A stretch of DNA of 63,919 nt, the filler included, from Octopus bimaculoides (taxonomy: Eukaryota): assembly GCF_001194135.2 (NCBI RefSeq). It is 8 parts of 8 records of this genome, joined end to end, with 100 filler letters (N's around TTAATTAATTAA, not from the genome) between each part and the next. Parts side by side here need not be neighbours in the genome. Positions count along the whole stretch, not along the records: positions 1 to 9,398 come from NC_068988.1; positions 9,499 to 25,431 come from NC_068992.1; 6 more parts are not named here. One strand, written 5' to 3'. Below, one piece after another: positions 1 through 14,337 of this stretch. Position 1 is the first letter of the stretch; each line of letters starts with the position of its first letter. The translations under genes were made by a program, and so were the position numbers. The notes under the pieces were generated by a model. It was not told where the DNA came from and did no database searches. It saw only the letters and a list, made by a program, of their open reading frames with translations.

Positions 1-125
1 TATATATGCATATTTATATACACGCACATATATGCGTGTGTGTGTATGTGTACCTATCTATGTATCTATGTACGTATATGTGTACGTATGTATATATGTG
101 TGTGTGTATGTATGTAGTGCGTGTG

Positions 126-178
<53 letters not shown>

Positions 179-187
179 GTCTATCTG

Positions 188-226
<39 letters not shown>

Positions 227-364
227 GTCTGTCTGTCTGCCTGTCTGTCTGTCGTTCTGTCTGTCTGTCTGTCTGCCTGTCTGTCTAATGTGAATGTGTG
301 AGTGCTCGTTGAAATTTTCTCCATCTCTGTCACTCTGTATCACTTTGTCTCTTTCTCTCTCCAT

Positions 365-417
365 CTCCTCACATATTTATATATGGATGCTGCATCCATA
401 TATAAATATGTGTGGAG
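365..417. repeat. Near-perfect palindrome (21-bp perfect arms, 1-nt centre)
   Basis: CACATATTTATATATGGATGC-T-GCATCCATATATAAATATGTG, extending 4 more bp after one mismatch. Confidence 0.9.
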
Positions 418-1018
418 GTTGTTGGGTGATTAAAGATCCTCTTCGCAAATAATTCTAGGTCTCAGGCAAGTAGATTCTAGTGTGAACAGGGGTGGACCAA
501 TAATCGGCGAGTTGAATACGGTAGATGATGTGAGTAGAAAGCATAATTCGAAAGCGTAATCGACACAAAAGTTTGGAAGGACGTGCCCAAACAATGAGTG
601 ACAGAAGTGAAAGAATGCCTCAAGCATGACAACCGCAGATATTTCTGTAAAAGAAGTATGTAGAGAGACTGGTTTTTAACTAAGAAGCAAAGCTCCAATG
701 ATGGCATCTAGAAAATGAGTACTAAGGAGTTTCGGTTCTTTGCATTCCGATTGCAGTGCTCATGACAAAATTAGTATTTTAAACTGTATTCAATTTTGTT
801 TTTAACTTTAGCCAGCCGGTACGCTGATGTTGAATTGAGTGAGATTTGTAGATATGAGCAACAGTCGGTCTTTCAAGAACAAAAAATAAAAAAAAATAAA
901 AGAAACCCCACAATAGTGTATTCAATCCCATGGTTTTCTCCTTAATAATTCACACAATCTTTTGCATATATACATACATACATGCAGATAAATATAGATA
1001 TAATATATACATACATAT

Positions 1019-1075
<57 letters not shown>

Positions 1076-1153
1076 NNNNNNNNNNNNNNNNNNNNNNNNN
1101 NNNNNNNNNNNNNNNNNNNNNNNNNNNNNNNNNNNNNNNNNNNNNNNNNNNNN

Positions 1154-1202
<49 letters not shown>

Positions 1203-1353
1203 GCCTGCTAACCTACCCAGTGGTTAGCATTCGAAAGTTAAAACCATGCGAAGTGCATTGTGACCGGTGATGTATACCAACATCTGATATCGTGATATAC
1301 GTACATACGCACATAGATACATTCTTACATACATACTTACATGCATACGTACT

Positions 1354-1836
1354 TGGTGGTGGTCGTCTACTCTTTATGTAGAGTTTGACTACCTTCTGTA
1401 CCTATACATTCGAACCATCATGGCATCTGATGTGTCTTTTTAAACCAGGCAGTGTTTTGAAAAGACACCCACATAGATTGCATATCCGATTTGGACTACC
1501 AATAGCTCCAAATAAGTTATGATCTTTATGGATCTTAAATTTTCTTTTGAGTCCTCCGTTAGATTTGCAAACTTTCGGTCATACATTGCATTGAAAGGTG
1601 TGCACAGACATATAGGCAGAAAAGTCTTTGGAGGTTCGTTTTCCATTGGTTCGCAAATGAGATTTGAGCCCTGCAAAAGTAAGGCATGGTCTGTCACAAA
1701 CTGTGCACACAAAAAGGTCACTGTGATTCACCGTCTCGATCGTAACACTCTTCCTTAAATCTCTCTTGAGTCTTGCATGCGTTATCCAGGCCTCTTCAAA
1801 TGCCTCTTCACTCCACTCTACACTCTTGTTCGTCAT
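1354..1836 (-). mobile_element. RTE-type LINE 3' end (decayed ORF C-terminus, 3'UTR, short ACC tail)
   Basis: Minus translation EAFEEAWITHARLKRDLRK...FVCTVCDRPCLTFAGLKSHLR (C2H2 finger typical of RTE C-termini), followed by a second degenerate finger; ACCACCACC tail near 1354. Confidence 0.7.
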
Positions 1837-2886
1837 CTATGTATAATTTGGTACATACTACTGAGACAATCATGCACACGCAAGAAACGAAATAGTGAAT
1901 AATAAGATAAAGTGAATGAAATAGAAAGCTAGACAGCAAGCAATAAAGTTAGAAGGAGAAAGAGCGAGAAAGAGAGAGGGAGGGGGACGAGAGAGAAGGA
2001 GGGGGACGAGAGAGAGGGGGAGAAAAGAAGGGAGGTAGGGAGAGAGGACAGTATCTTTTTTAAAAGTACTTGTCTCTAATATTCTACCTGCCTAAATATC
2101 AGTTAGTTTCCTCTTCCAATACTTTCCGCCACCACTACATCTGTTTTACGGTATACAGATAAATGTTTGTATATATGTATGTTTGAAAACATTTCTTTTC
2201 GTATACATAAAGCATACATACATACTTTATATATACTGTAATTATGCACCTATATATATTAAAATATGCATATACGTATCTGTTTATACTGTAAGTATAC
2301 ATATGTGTAAATGTATAAGTATATAAATGTGTGTATATATATATATATATATATNNNNNNNNNNNNNNNNNNNNNNNNNNNNNNNNNNNNNNNNNNNNNN
2401 NNNNNNNNNNNNNNNNNNNNNNNNNNNNNNNNNNNNNNNNNNNNNNNNNNNNNNNNNNNNNNNNNNNNNNNNNNNNNNNNNNNNNNNNNNNNNNNNNNNN
2501 NNNNNNNNNNNNNNNNNNNNNNNNNNNNNNNNNNNNNNNNNNNNNNNNNNNNNNNNNNNNNNNNNNNNNNNNNNNNNNNNNNNNNNNNNNNNNNNNNNNN
2601 NNNNNNNNNNNNNNNNNNNNNNNNNNNNNNNNNNNNNNNNNNNNNNNNNNNNNNNNNNNNNNNNNNNNNNNNNNNNNNNNNNNNNNNNNNNNNNNNNNNN
2701 NNNNNNNNNNNNNNNNNNNNNNNNNNNNNNNNNNNNNNNNNNNNNNNNNNNNNNNNNNNNNNNNNNNNNNNNNNNNNNNNNNNNNNNNNNNNNNNNNNNN
2801 NNNNNNNNNNNNNNNNNNNNNNNNNNNNNNNNNNNNNNNNNNNNNNNNNNNNNNNNNNNNNNNNNNNNNNNNNNNNNNNNNNNNNN

Positions 2887-2945
<59 letters not shown>

Positions 2946-3558
2946 AGATAGTGACGGAAAGGGAAAAAGAGGGGTGTGATATTGCGAAGTGGGGCAGAAA
3001 GAGAGGATAAAGGAGAATGTAGCAGAAGTATTTTGGGAATGATAGCAGGATATTCATCTGTGAACAATTTGAGAGCAACTGCTTCTGATTTAGCACGCAA
3101 CCTCCCTACTTCCACATGTATTCATCATGGCATTTCCTTCTTATAACACTACACCACATCATGCCTCAGCTTACCTTACTTCAACTCGCCTCAGGATGGT
3201 CCACTAACCACACCCAGGGTTTTCTTTCCTGGTGAAGGAACGTTGAAGTCTTTATATAAATCTTTCAGGCGACATCACTTTGTCGGCATACGCTGCATTG
3301 CTCCTTTTATTTAATTCCAGATGATGTTATTCCTTACCAGGTTCTAACAAATTTATTACCAAAATCTTGCTTCTACTCGACCATATTCTCGAAATTGGGT
3401 TTCCTTTTTATTTTCTTCTTTAATGTCCGTAATTTTGTTTCTGGTTCTTTTCTACTTTGTATCTTTATACGTTTTTTGCATTTTCTTCATCACAACTCAT
3501 TTCTTGAATAAATAGTCAACCCTTTTAAGTTTCTCTCTATCAATCTTCAAGCATTATT

Positions 3559-3603
<45 letters not shown>

Positions 3604-3719
3604 TCTCTCTCTATCTATCTATCCATCCATCCATCCATCCATACACCCACCTACCCACCCTACCTACCTACCTACCTACCTACCTACCTACCTACCTACC
3701 TACCTACCTACCTACCTAC

Positions 3720-3772
<53 letters not shown>

Positions 3773-5623
3773 ATTCCATGTATCTCACTCCAAGTTTTCA
3801 TTTTATGTACTTGAAAACGCTCCATAGTTATCTTCTGCTTGAACAATATAAAAATAAGTCCAGTCTAATATATTGAAGGCAGTGAGGCGAAAATAATGTT
3901 TAATCAAATGAAATTTCACACAAAATTCGAAGGAAACGTTTTTTTTAAAGGTAAATGCAAATCTTTCGCAAGGAAAATAAGCGAGACAATTTCGTGATTT
4001 AAACACATTAATATTTGAAAGAGGATATGCATGCGATTCTGCACTGTGGTAAATACGATGACAGCAACAATTATGTTCCGCCTCCTGAGCGAAGTATAGC
4101 CTAGCAAATACCTCCCAAACTGTCATTTATATTGATGGTAAATACTTCAATGTTTCCTCTCTGACAGCTGCTTGTCGTTTGTAAAACTGATTTTTGCTTG
4201 GGACTATTTGAATTATGCGAGACAAATTTACGAAACAGGTTAACGAACAATTTTAATTAACTGATGCTTATAGATGAGATAAACTAAAACCATTGATGAT
4301 AAGCTTTCATTCCTTTCGTAAAGCGATGCGATTGTCGAGTATTCTTGATTTGGGTAGCCGCGTCTCCTTATTGCACTCAACTCTACAAGAGTAGACGAGA
4401 ATTGTCTTGTCCAAGATATATTTCCTGCAGCCTTAGAAGTAATAATGTCTCTCTTAATTTTAGGTATCCCAAAGTAGTAACTGACTGTTCATACCTAATT
4501 AGTTCATCAGCAACCACAGAATATTCTTCTTATATCATCTCTGTGTCGTAGTTGTTGAAATACACTCAAGGCAAAAATCATTCAGCCTCGATGCGAAGGC
4601 AACGTTCTGGGGTATCACTATAAAGTTTAACTTGTTAAAAGTACAACCTATTTTCAATTTCTTTTTTTGGTTGATAGAAACTTCGAACAACATCTTTTAG
4701 AGGCAAACCTAACTTTTTGCCACCTTCTTGTAACGATCCGTCCTCCTTTCGGCCTTGTTTCAAGTAATTCTACGCTCTATTGAGTGTTGCTGTTCTTTCG
4801 TATGAGTAACTTGTGGATTTCAAAGTATATTGTATCGGCTTCACAAAAATAGCAATTTGGCTTTTAATATCTACACAAGGCATATAAAATGTTTTTCTTT
4901 GGAGCTACATCTAAAGTAACAGAAAAGCAAAACAAAACAAATAACTTTATTTGGTTATACAAATTTCAATTACAGCCATTTATACATAACTTTTGATCTA
5001 AGTAGTAAAAAAGATCTTCTAGTACATTTTCATTTAAAAGGAATCTAAAAGTACACTCGACATATCAGATATTTTTCCAAATATTTTTTTTTACAAGCAT
5101 TTTAAAACAATACTATCATCTATTTTCTGCTTGTAGAAATTTCATCACCCTTGTTTTACGTAAGATAATAGCTTTAAGGTAAAAGGATGAACAAATCTCG
5201 AAAGTTTCGTAGACTCATTTTTACCTCATGAAACTTCTCTATGCAAATTTGTAAATTTAGTTTTTCTCCGAAGAAATGCTACTACGAGTGCGTGAATGAA
5301 ATACTCCTGTGTTTGGGGTAAAAAAAAAAATATAACTGCAATATCTACTACACGTTAACGCGTCAACTTTACTAAAATTAGTTGGTTAATTTTTTGCTTT
5401 GGAGTAGAAAAGATGCAGACACTCAGACGTCGTATGGGTAACATATTTGTCTACATTATGAAATGGTAACACTAAATTCCGTTAGTATATCAAATCGCAG
5501 GGTCTGATCTGGCCGCCAATTAACGACAAAAATTACAATAAACTAAAATGCCATTACATTATACCAAGTAACATGTACTCTTCGGATCATCGTAGATTGC
5601 ACACAGAACACACTCACAGATCA

Positions 5624-5744
<121 letters not shown>

Positions 5745-7017
5745 TATATATATGTATGTATGTGTATGTACATATGTATGCATGTTATATATATATATAT
5801 ATACATTGGTCATTGATAAAACATATCTGAAATAAAAAAGGAATGGCCATAGATAAAACGCATATAAAATGCAATGATCGGAGATTTAACACTGACAACT
5901 ACTGTATGTCTGTGTGTGTAATGTGTCCCCCCAATCATGCAAAAACCTTTTATATCGGTAAATGAGGTGTTGTAGATATTCTCCAATCATTTGGTCAGTT
6001 ATCGAAGTTCCATAAATCTGTTTGATCATAGCTAACCAACACTACACAACAATAACAATAAGAACAAGTAAAACATTTCTTAATAGGTTTCATTTATTAC
6101 ATTTATTTCGGAACTAATTTACTACACGTACACATTTCAGGACTAATTTACTACACGTAGCAATTTTCTGTAGTTTTAATTAGTTTTCTTTTCGTTTCAT
6201 TAATGTAACTGACATATGTGCTAAATATTGTATTTTGAACAGGTCAATAAAATTGATTATGATAATGATTACTCAAAATAATTTGCTGTCTCCAGAAGTG
6301 GATACCATTTTCCTAGATTCCAATCGTCAAAATGAATATTGGATACCGAACATCTTTATAAGAATAATGGACATGCAATTTCCTCTTTAATTCAGTATCG
6401 CCCTGTAATCCCGATGTATTAAAAAGCGTTAAAAGGAACTGAACACCCAGGGCCATCACATGACTTTTAAAGGCCCCCTGCAACTTTTTGTTTCGTGACC
6501 CCATCTCTTCAATGAAAATTCATAATCTACGCAATATTTACTTTATTCTACCTGAAGTTCAATATTTCCCGTTATCCCAAAGAACATCTTTAAAAGTACA
6601 AATTGAATTTATTTAGGGCAGGAACTATCGTATTATTTCCTGTTTAGGAAGGCAAATATTTAATAGGGCTGAATATTTATTCAATGGACTCACAAATATC
6701 AGAAGACAAGCATCTCAAAAACAATTGTGAAGTATAGTTGTCTCAGCTCTTGTATGCGAAGAAATTTATTCAAGAACATTAAAATGCAGAAAACTTTCAG
6801 TCCAAAACAAAAGCAAACTATTTCAAATTATATATTTTTGCAAAATAGATGTGAATATTCTCAAATACTTGATAACTGCTGTTGCAATATTTCGATTGGA
6901 TAGACAATACTACAATTCAAACCGTAAAGTCAAAATACCTAAGATTTTATACAGGGCTGCAAAGAGAAGTGCACAGAAAAATTGAGACAAGAGTATTATA
7001 TTTTTATTTCTATACAG

Positions 7018-7099
7018 TTTCAAGAAGGTGGTGGAAAACTTATGGTTGCAGAAGGGGATTACCTCGGTGAACTTATTTAAGGTTTTTGGTCCAAAAGAC
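7018..7099 (+). CDS. Candidate 82-nt exon (xFKKVVENLWLQKGITSVNLFKVFGPKD)
   Basis: Acceptor TTTTTATTTCTATACAG, donor GTAAGA, one fully open frame; no recognised homology. Confidence 0.2.
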
Positions 7100-9442
7100 G
7101 TAAGAAGAATTAAGGTGAATCCTTCACCATTTTTCTTAAATCACAGATAAACTGCTTTTCTTTATCCAATCTCTTAGATTAGATCATGGGACTAAGAGAT
7201 GTTTTCTCCATCCAGTCAATATTGTTTTCAAATTATCATAAAATCTAAATCCTTTGTAATTGTAAAAACAAAGGTAAATGTTGCGTTAATAGCCCTTAAC
7301 ATTTTAAAATTTTGTTTCTTGTAACTTACACGTTTTCGCTGTGCGGGAGTTGTTGTTACCTCTACCATTTAAAATATTCGACAAGCCATTTGAAACAATT
7401 TCTTTTTCTTATTAAATATTCATTTAAAGCTCATTTTCCTTGATCCATGTGTTCAGTCTGTTGTGTAATGTATTTCTTGGCTATATTTTGTTTGCTCTTT
7501 GTTTGTGAAACGTCTTATTTTATTTTGTTTTGGAGATGTAGGTGATAATAATCGAAGCCATTTTTCTGTGTTTGGGCAGCGTGTAAAGATTTCACAAAAA
7601 AAGAAAAGCAAAATAAAAACAAAGACAAAACAAAACATAAAATTCAAAATTTATATTTCGTTTTGTTAATTCTGTAGAAGTTACTACACGCTCATAACCC
7701 TCACAAAATTTGTGCTGCTGCTGCTGTTGTTATTGCTGTTGTTGTTATGGCCTATATTATTAATATTTATGTTGTCACTATGTATTATTTTATTTTTGTA
7801 TTTTTCAATGTATAAAGGTTTGCATTTACAACTGTGTCTGTCCGTTAATATTATAATTGTAATAATTTTACCTGTTAGTAATTTATAGGAATTTCGTTTT
7901 CAATATATTAAAAAAATATTTGTGTCTGTATGTATAGTTACCAGGTCTTCTTTTTTTCTCAGAGGAAGTCATATTAAATCGCTAAGGAACAAGCTCAGTA
8001 AATATTTCTAAAATATAATGAATTTCTGAAGGCAAAATCCATTTTCCTATGTCAGGGTAATAAGATAGATGTACAAATAATCTAAAATCCTGTGTTCTTT
8101 TACCTCAAGTAAAACAAAATTAGTTTCTTTCCGGAGTCACAATACATCAACAACGATAGCAAAAATAGCAGCAACAACGACAAAAACAACAGTAACAATT
8201 TTTTTTATTAGTAATAATGAATGGTTNNNNNNNNNNNNNNNNNNNNNNNNNNNNNNNNNNNNNNNNNNNNNNNNNNNNNNNNNNNNNNNNNNNNNNNNNN
8301 NNNNNNNNNNNNNNNNNNNNNNNNNNNNNNNNNNNNNNNNNNNNNNNNNNNNNNNNNNNNNNNNNNNNNNNNNNNNNNNNNNNNNNNNNNNNNNNNNNNN
8401 NNNNNNNNNNNNNNNNNNNNNNNNNNNNNNNNNNNNNNNNNNNNNNNNNNNNNNNNNNNNNNNNNNNNNNNNNNNNNNNNNNNNNNNNNNNNNNNNNNNN
8501 NNNNNNNNNNNNNNNNNNNNNNNNNNNNNNNNNNNNNNNNNNNNNNNNNNNNNNNNNNNNNNNNNNNNNNNNNNNNNNNNNNNNNNNNNNNNNNNNNNNN
8601 NNNNNNNNNNNNNNNNNNNNNNNNNNNNNNNNNNNNNNNNNNNNNNNNNNNNNNNNNNNNNNNNNNNNNNNNNNNNNNNNNNNNNNNNNNNNNNNNNNNN
8701 NNNNNNNNNNNNNNNNNNNNNNNNNNNNNNNNNNNNNNNNNNNNNNNNNNNNNNNNNNNNNNNNNNNNNNNNNNNNNNNNNNNNNNNNNNNNNNNNNNNN
8801 NNNNNNNNNNNNNNNNNNNNNNNNNNNNNNNNNNNNNNNNNNNNNNNNNNNNNNNNNNNNNNNNNNNNNNNNNNNNNNNNNNNNNNNNNNNNNNNNNNNN
8901 NNNNNNNNNNNNNNNNNNNNNNNNNNNNNNNNNNNNNNNNNNNNNNNNNNNNNNNNNNNNNNNNNNNNNTATATATATATATATATATATATATGAAAGA
9001 AGGTTTGAAAATGCACTTATTTTAAAAATATTTACTTACTTAACCGGTTTCACTTTTTTAGAAAAAGATTATCAAAAGTCTTTGAGAATAATAAAAAATG
9101 TTAAAAAACAGTTTGAGTATTAAAATGCATACACACTCCCACACTCACACAAAACACTCCCGCGCACACACACAAATGCACACATACATACACACACATA
9201 CGCACACATACGTACACACCCTCACACATACATACGGTTGCTCTCACACACACACACCACAAGGACGATCAAAACAACACATACATACTCAGACAAAGAG
9301 ATATACGCACACTCTCACGTACACACACCTAACATCCCCACCGACACAAAAAACACACAAACACACACTCATATACACATTCCACAATAAACTCTGGGNN
9401 NNNNNNNNNNNNNNNNNNNNNNNNNNNNNNNNNNNNNNNNNN

Positions 9443-9454
9443 TTAATTAATTAA
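9443..9454. other. Artificial gap marker TTAATTAATTAA (also at 25476, 29345, 35562, 40937, 44419, 59547)
   Basis: Identical 12-mer centred in seven N-runs of similar length; gives stop codons in all six frames. Confidence 0.95.
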
Positions 9455-11971
9455 NNNNNNNNNNNNNNNNNNNNNNNNNNNNNNNNNNNNNNNNNNNNTC
9501 TCTCTTCGTTTCTTTGCACCATATGGTCTCAACTCACCTCCTCTCTTCATTCGACATCTACCTCACCTCCTCTCTTCATTTCATACCACACTACACGGAC
9601 TCCACACAGACACTAGTACTGACCAATTTCTCACACCCACACCACAGACATCATTCACACACCCACACACAATCTTCAATAGCGTTACCACACATAACAC
9701 TATAGCAACAGCCACATACACTGTTTAATTCAGTACATACGCTATCATGCATACTCCCACACCCACAGAAGCACATAATACCCGAATACATGTTATATAT
9801 ACACACACAACACGCATTAACACCATACATAGCCAAAAATAACTTTCGCCCGCATATATACACTATACACATACACACTGTTACGCCACAGACACTCATA
9901 CACACATGTGCACACACCACGTGAAAAAACATATCTCAACTGCTACACACAATACACACGCGCGCACGTTACGCACGGACACACACAAGCATACACGCAA
10001 ACACACTAGCACACACATCCGTATACACTTTCACACTCACGCACGTCACGCGCCCCATTCACACACACATATACACTCATACACACCATTATCACATACA
10101 CACACACACACACACGCCCCTTCTATTGGGATCACGAGTTCTTCATTATCTCCCTTTCCATGAAAGGGATACTTTTATCAGTGTTGCTTAGAACCATAGG
10201 ACATCCTTTCAGTAAATTATTGAGATGTCCAAACAGAGACGAACAGACAAAATAAAACTATGCCATATTCAACTCAACGTAACATGCAAGAGCTGGAAAC
10301 AGCATAGTACCAGTACTTAAGTGGTATGAATTTCTAAGAACACATTCAGAAGTTCGAAATAAAAAAATACTTCAACGTACTGCACAAGGATAAAACCCAC
10401 TGCCCACTGCCAACAATCGAATCTCTGACAGTCCGGTGATTCGGCTATGACTTCAATCACAATCAATGAGTCTTCGAGCCATCGCACGCACACACACGCC
10501 CACACACACACACACACATACACACACACAGAAACATGCATACACGAGAAATAGGAAATGTTGCACTTCATATCATCAGTTTTCCCAATCGATTTAACAA
10601 CGGATGGAGTAAGTTCCAAAGATATAGACTTTTCCAATTAGAAAATATATGGACAAATTGGCAGAAGGCGCAATATAGCAGGGAACAGAAAATCAGCCAT
10701 TGATGTAGGAAAAACCCTTCTCAAACCAGAAAAAAATTATAACAACAACACTAACAAAACACTGAAGATTATGTTTGGGGCATATATATTAGGGGACAGC
10801 TAATGACTGGTTGTAAGATTAAGGACCAAAGTGGTATGTAAACACACACAAAATAGAGATGAATACACCTAAGTTCTCATGTAGTGATAATTCTATTAAT
10901 TTCAGCAATGATGATTGCTGTGCTGAATGTTATACGAGAGAGGATACGTTGAGGATTTACTACATCAATACTGCCGAAATCGGACACATTCAGATTACCT
11001 TATGCAGTAATGTATGGCATTGGTAGAACCTTCACTACAAACTTAACATCATTGCAAAGAACAGTATGTTCATCCATCGGTGGGCTGGTAGTTGAACTGT
11101 AGTTTTATTCATTTTCACAAATCAATAGAAGATTTGAGTTTGTGTTTAGCGTTTTCAATGGGCCGGTCCTCCCTAGCGCTCCTTTCGTTATTAACGAAAG
11201 ACATCATAGAATTCTGGAAATGTTGTTTTTCCAAAACAAGTGCAGTTATTTCCCTTGGGATGGGGTGGTTTTGTCGACAGTATTTTAGCTGATTGATTTT
11301 TTTTTTGTTCTGTTAGTATTCTCGATTTTTATGACCCGTGTTTTCCTGTCTCTTGGCAGGAAGCATTCATTTTTGTCTGTTAGTCGTGGTGGGTGTCGTT
11401 GGTACATATGAGTGTAACGGTATCCTGAAACAGGAGGGACATGTCTATGTGTGCGTGGGTGTGCATTTCTGTGTATGTATGTGTATGTATGTGTATGTAT
11501 AAATACGTATACATATGTATATATACACATATACATATAAATAAATGTAAATATAAATAATTATATACACATACACATATATATATACAGTTATACATCT
11601 ATCTATCTCTCTATTTATCTATATGTCTATATTTATATCTATTTACCTATGTATATGTGCGTGTGTGTATACTCACACATAAATATGTGAATATATCTGA
11701 AAAAATACATGTGTGTTTCTATGCGTAGTTCATTTTGTTATTTTGTAATTTTATCACATATTGTCTTTGGTTTGTTGATAATAACTTTCTCTGAAGGTTT
11801 TAGACATATATTTCCATTACCCACGCATTTATACAGACAACCATTAATATGCGCCGCAAATTCAAATTCTCTGTACTTTCATTGTTTGGTTCTTTATCTT
11901 ACGCTACACGCATACGCACACACACGCACACACACACATACATACAAACGCACACACACATACACACACGC

Positions 11972-12007
<36 letters not shown>

Positions 12008-13303
12008 NNNNNNNNNNNNNNNNNNNNNNNNNNNNNNNNNNNNNNNNNNNNNNNNNNNNNNNNNNNNNNNNNNNNNNNNNNNNNNNNNNNNNNNNNNNNN
12101 NNNNNNNNNNNNNNNNNNNNNNNNNNNNNNNNNNNNNNNNNNNNNNNNNNNNNNNNNNNNNNNNNNNNNNNNNNNNNNNNNNNNNNNNNNNNNNNNNNNN
12201 NNNNNNNNNNNNNNNNNNNNNNNNNNNNNNNNNNNNNNNNNNNNNNNNNNNNNNNNNNNNNNNNNNNNNNNNNNNNNNNNNNNNNNNNNNNNNNNNNNNN
12301 NNNNNNNNNNNNNNNNNNNNNNNNNNNNNNNNNNNNNNNNNNNNNNNNNNNNNNNNNNNNNNNNNNNNNNNNNNNNNNNNNNNNNNNNNNNNNNNNNNNN
12401 NNNNNNNNNNNNNNNNNNNNNNNNNNNNNNNNNNNNNNNNNNNNNNNNNNNNNNNNNNNNNNNNNNNNNNNNNNNNNNNNNNNNNNNNNNNNNNNNNNNN
12501 NNNNNNNNNNNNNNNNNNNNNNNNNNNNNNNNNNNNNNNNNNNNNNNNNNNNNNNNNNNNNNNNNNNNNNNNNNNNNNNNNNNNNNNNNNNNNNNNNNNN
12601 NNNNNNNNNNNNNNNNNNNNNNNNNNNNNNNNNNNNNNNNNNNNNNNNNNNNNNNNTATATATATATAAATGGAACACTTTCTCTTCGCCACACGTCCGT
12701 CTCTCCTCTCCGCCCCCCCCACACATTTTCTCGCATTTATTCTTATTTATTTTTCTCCTAAGTTCAAATTCTACAGTTGCTTACTTCAGTAGTAATTCTA
12801 AATCACCAGTCCGTATAATGGAATCACGTTGAGCATGACTGGCTTCACAGACTGGGCGTGTTGCAAGTAAACAGAGAAGGTCTCCTGCACGAAGATGGTT
12901 TCCTACTTTTCTGCATCAGACTCCGAAGCCTGTTATAGATGATGTGTACTGGCCATTCCTCTGAACGTAAACTAGAAATAAAATGAGGACCTCAAATTAT
13001 CTGGAATGGAATATAAACTTTGATATGTTGAACAGCCTATGTTTCATGAAGGGATTAATAGCGTGTACGAATGTAGTTCGAAGCAGGAAGCAGAATTTAA
13101 TCGAAGTATAAGCAATACAACTTTGCATATCGTTGTATGGTACGATTCACAACTGATACACCTCAGACATGTTTGTTCTTATATGCATTGGAAACAAGCA
13201 CACAGATGCACAACAACTCGACACCCCTGTACATAAAATGGAATCTTACAAACATTTAAACAATAGATAAACATAAAATTAAGTGTGCATGAATGCGTAC
13301 ACA

Positions 13304-13373
<70 letters not shown>

Positions 13374-13434
13374 CNNNNNNNNNNATACATACATACAGAG
13401 CATTGTGAATATATCCGTGAGTATATACGTAGTT

Positions 13435-13474
<40 letters not shown>

Positions 13475-14306
13475 TCAATGTATCTATTTATCGTAAGCAT
13501 CTTTGAATGATCAATAGATCTAAAGTTGTAAACCACTAAATATTAACATATGAATGAGTCATAACATTTCTATAAGCCTACAGCCAATCGTTGTAGTTAT
13601 TTAAGTCCATTGAAGACACTGCACATGAGCTTTGTGTGTATCACTCAGAATAGCAAGTTTGATGCAGTTGATGTTCAACCAGAATCTTTGTAGTACAGTC
13701 TTAAAAGAACAAACGTGAGCAGTGAGAAGCTAGAGACGGGGGAATGAGAAAGAAATTTGCAGTGTTTGCGTGTTGAATCACTGTAAATTTAATGAAAGCA
13801 GAAGTCTAGTGGGCGAAGGGCGATTTCGTGTAGATGTAATGAAGTAAGCAAGTGCAAAAGCGGCATAACATCATTGAAATAGCTGCAGAAGATAGAGGAA
13901 AGAAAGAGAACACATGCTAATTATATGACGATGTCTTTTCGTGATTGGATGTTTGACAAATAGGCGAATGTGTTACTATTACGTTTCGTTCACCGATTTT
14001 AACATATTTTCACACACTTAGCACCATATTGTTTCAAACAAATAAGCGGCAGCATAATTGAGTCTCATGTGATCTTAGGACCTAACCAAGAGTGAGATAT
14101 TGTCTGGTTGAAGGAAGGATCCTTGTGCTTTTAATACAGCAGGCCAACAACTTGGTTGATATGATGTAAATATATATATATATATATANNNNNNNNNNNN
14201 NNNNNNNNNNNNNNNNNNNNNNNNNNNNNNNNNNNNNNNNNNNNNNNNNNNNNNNNNNNNNNNNNNNNNNNNNNNNNNNNNNNNNNNNNNNNATATATAT
14301 ATGTGT

Positions 14307-14337
<31 letters not shown>

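Noticed and set aside
3050-4800. Faint RT-like words (AYADK, KTLGV, KLGLP) here and at about 24540-24700
   Set aside because: Spacing is inconsistent and the motifs too short; an ancient LINE origin cannot be supported without an HMM search.
10540-10637. Minus peptide SLELTPSVVKSIGKTDDMKCNIS resembling an Ig-domain start
   Set aside because: In-frame stop just upstream, poor acceptor, and no following W/C motifs.
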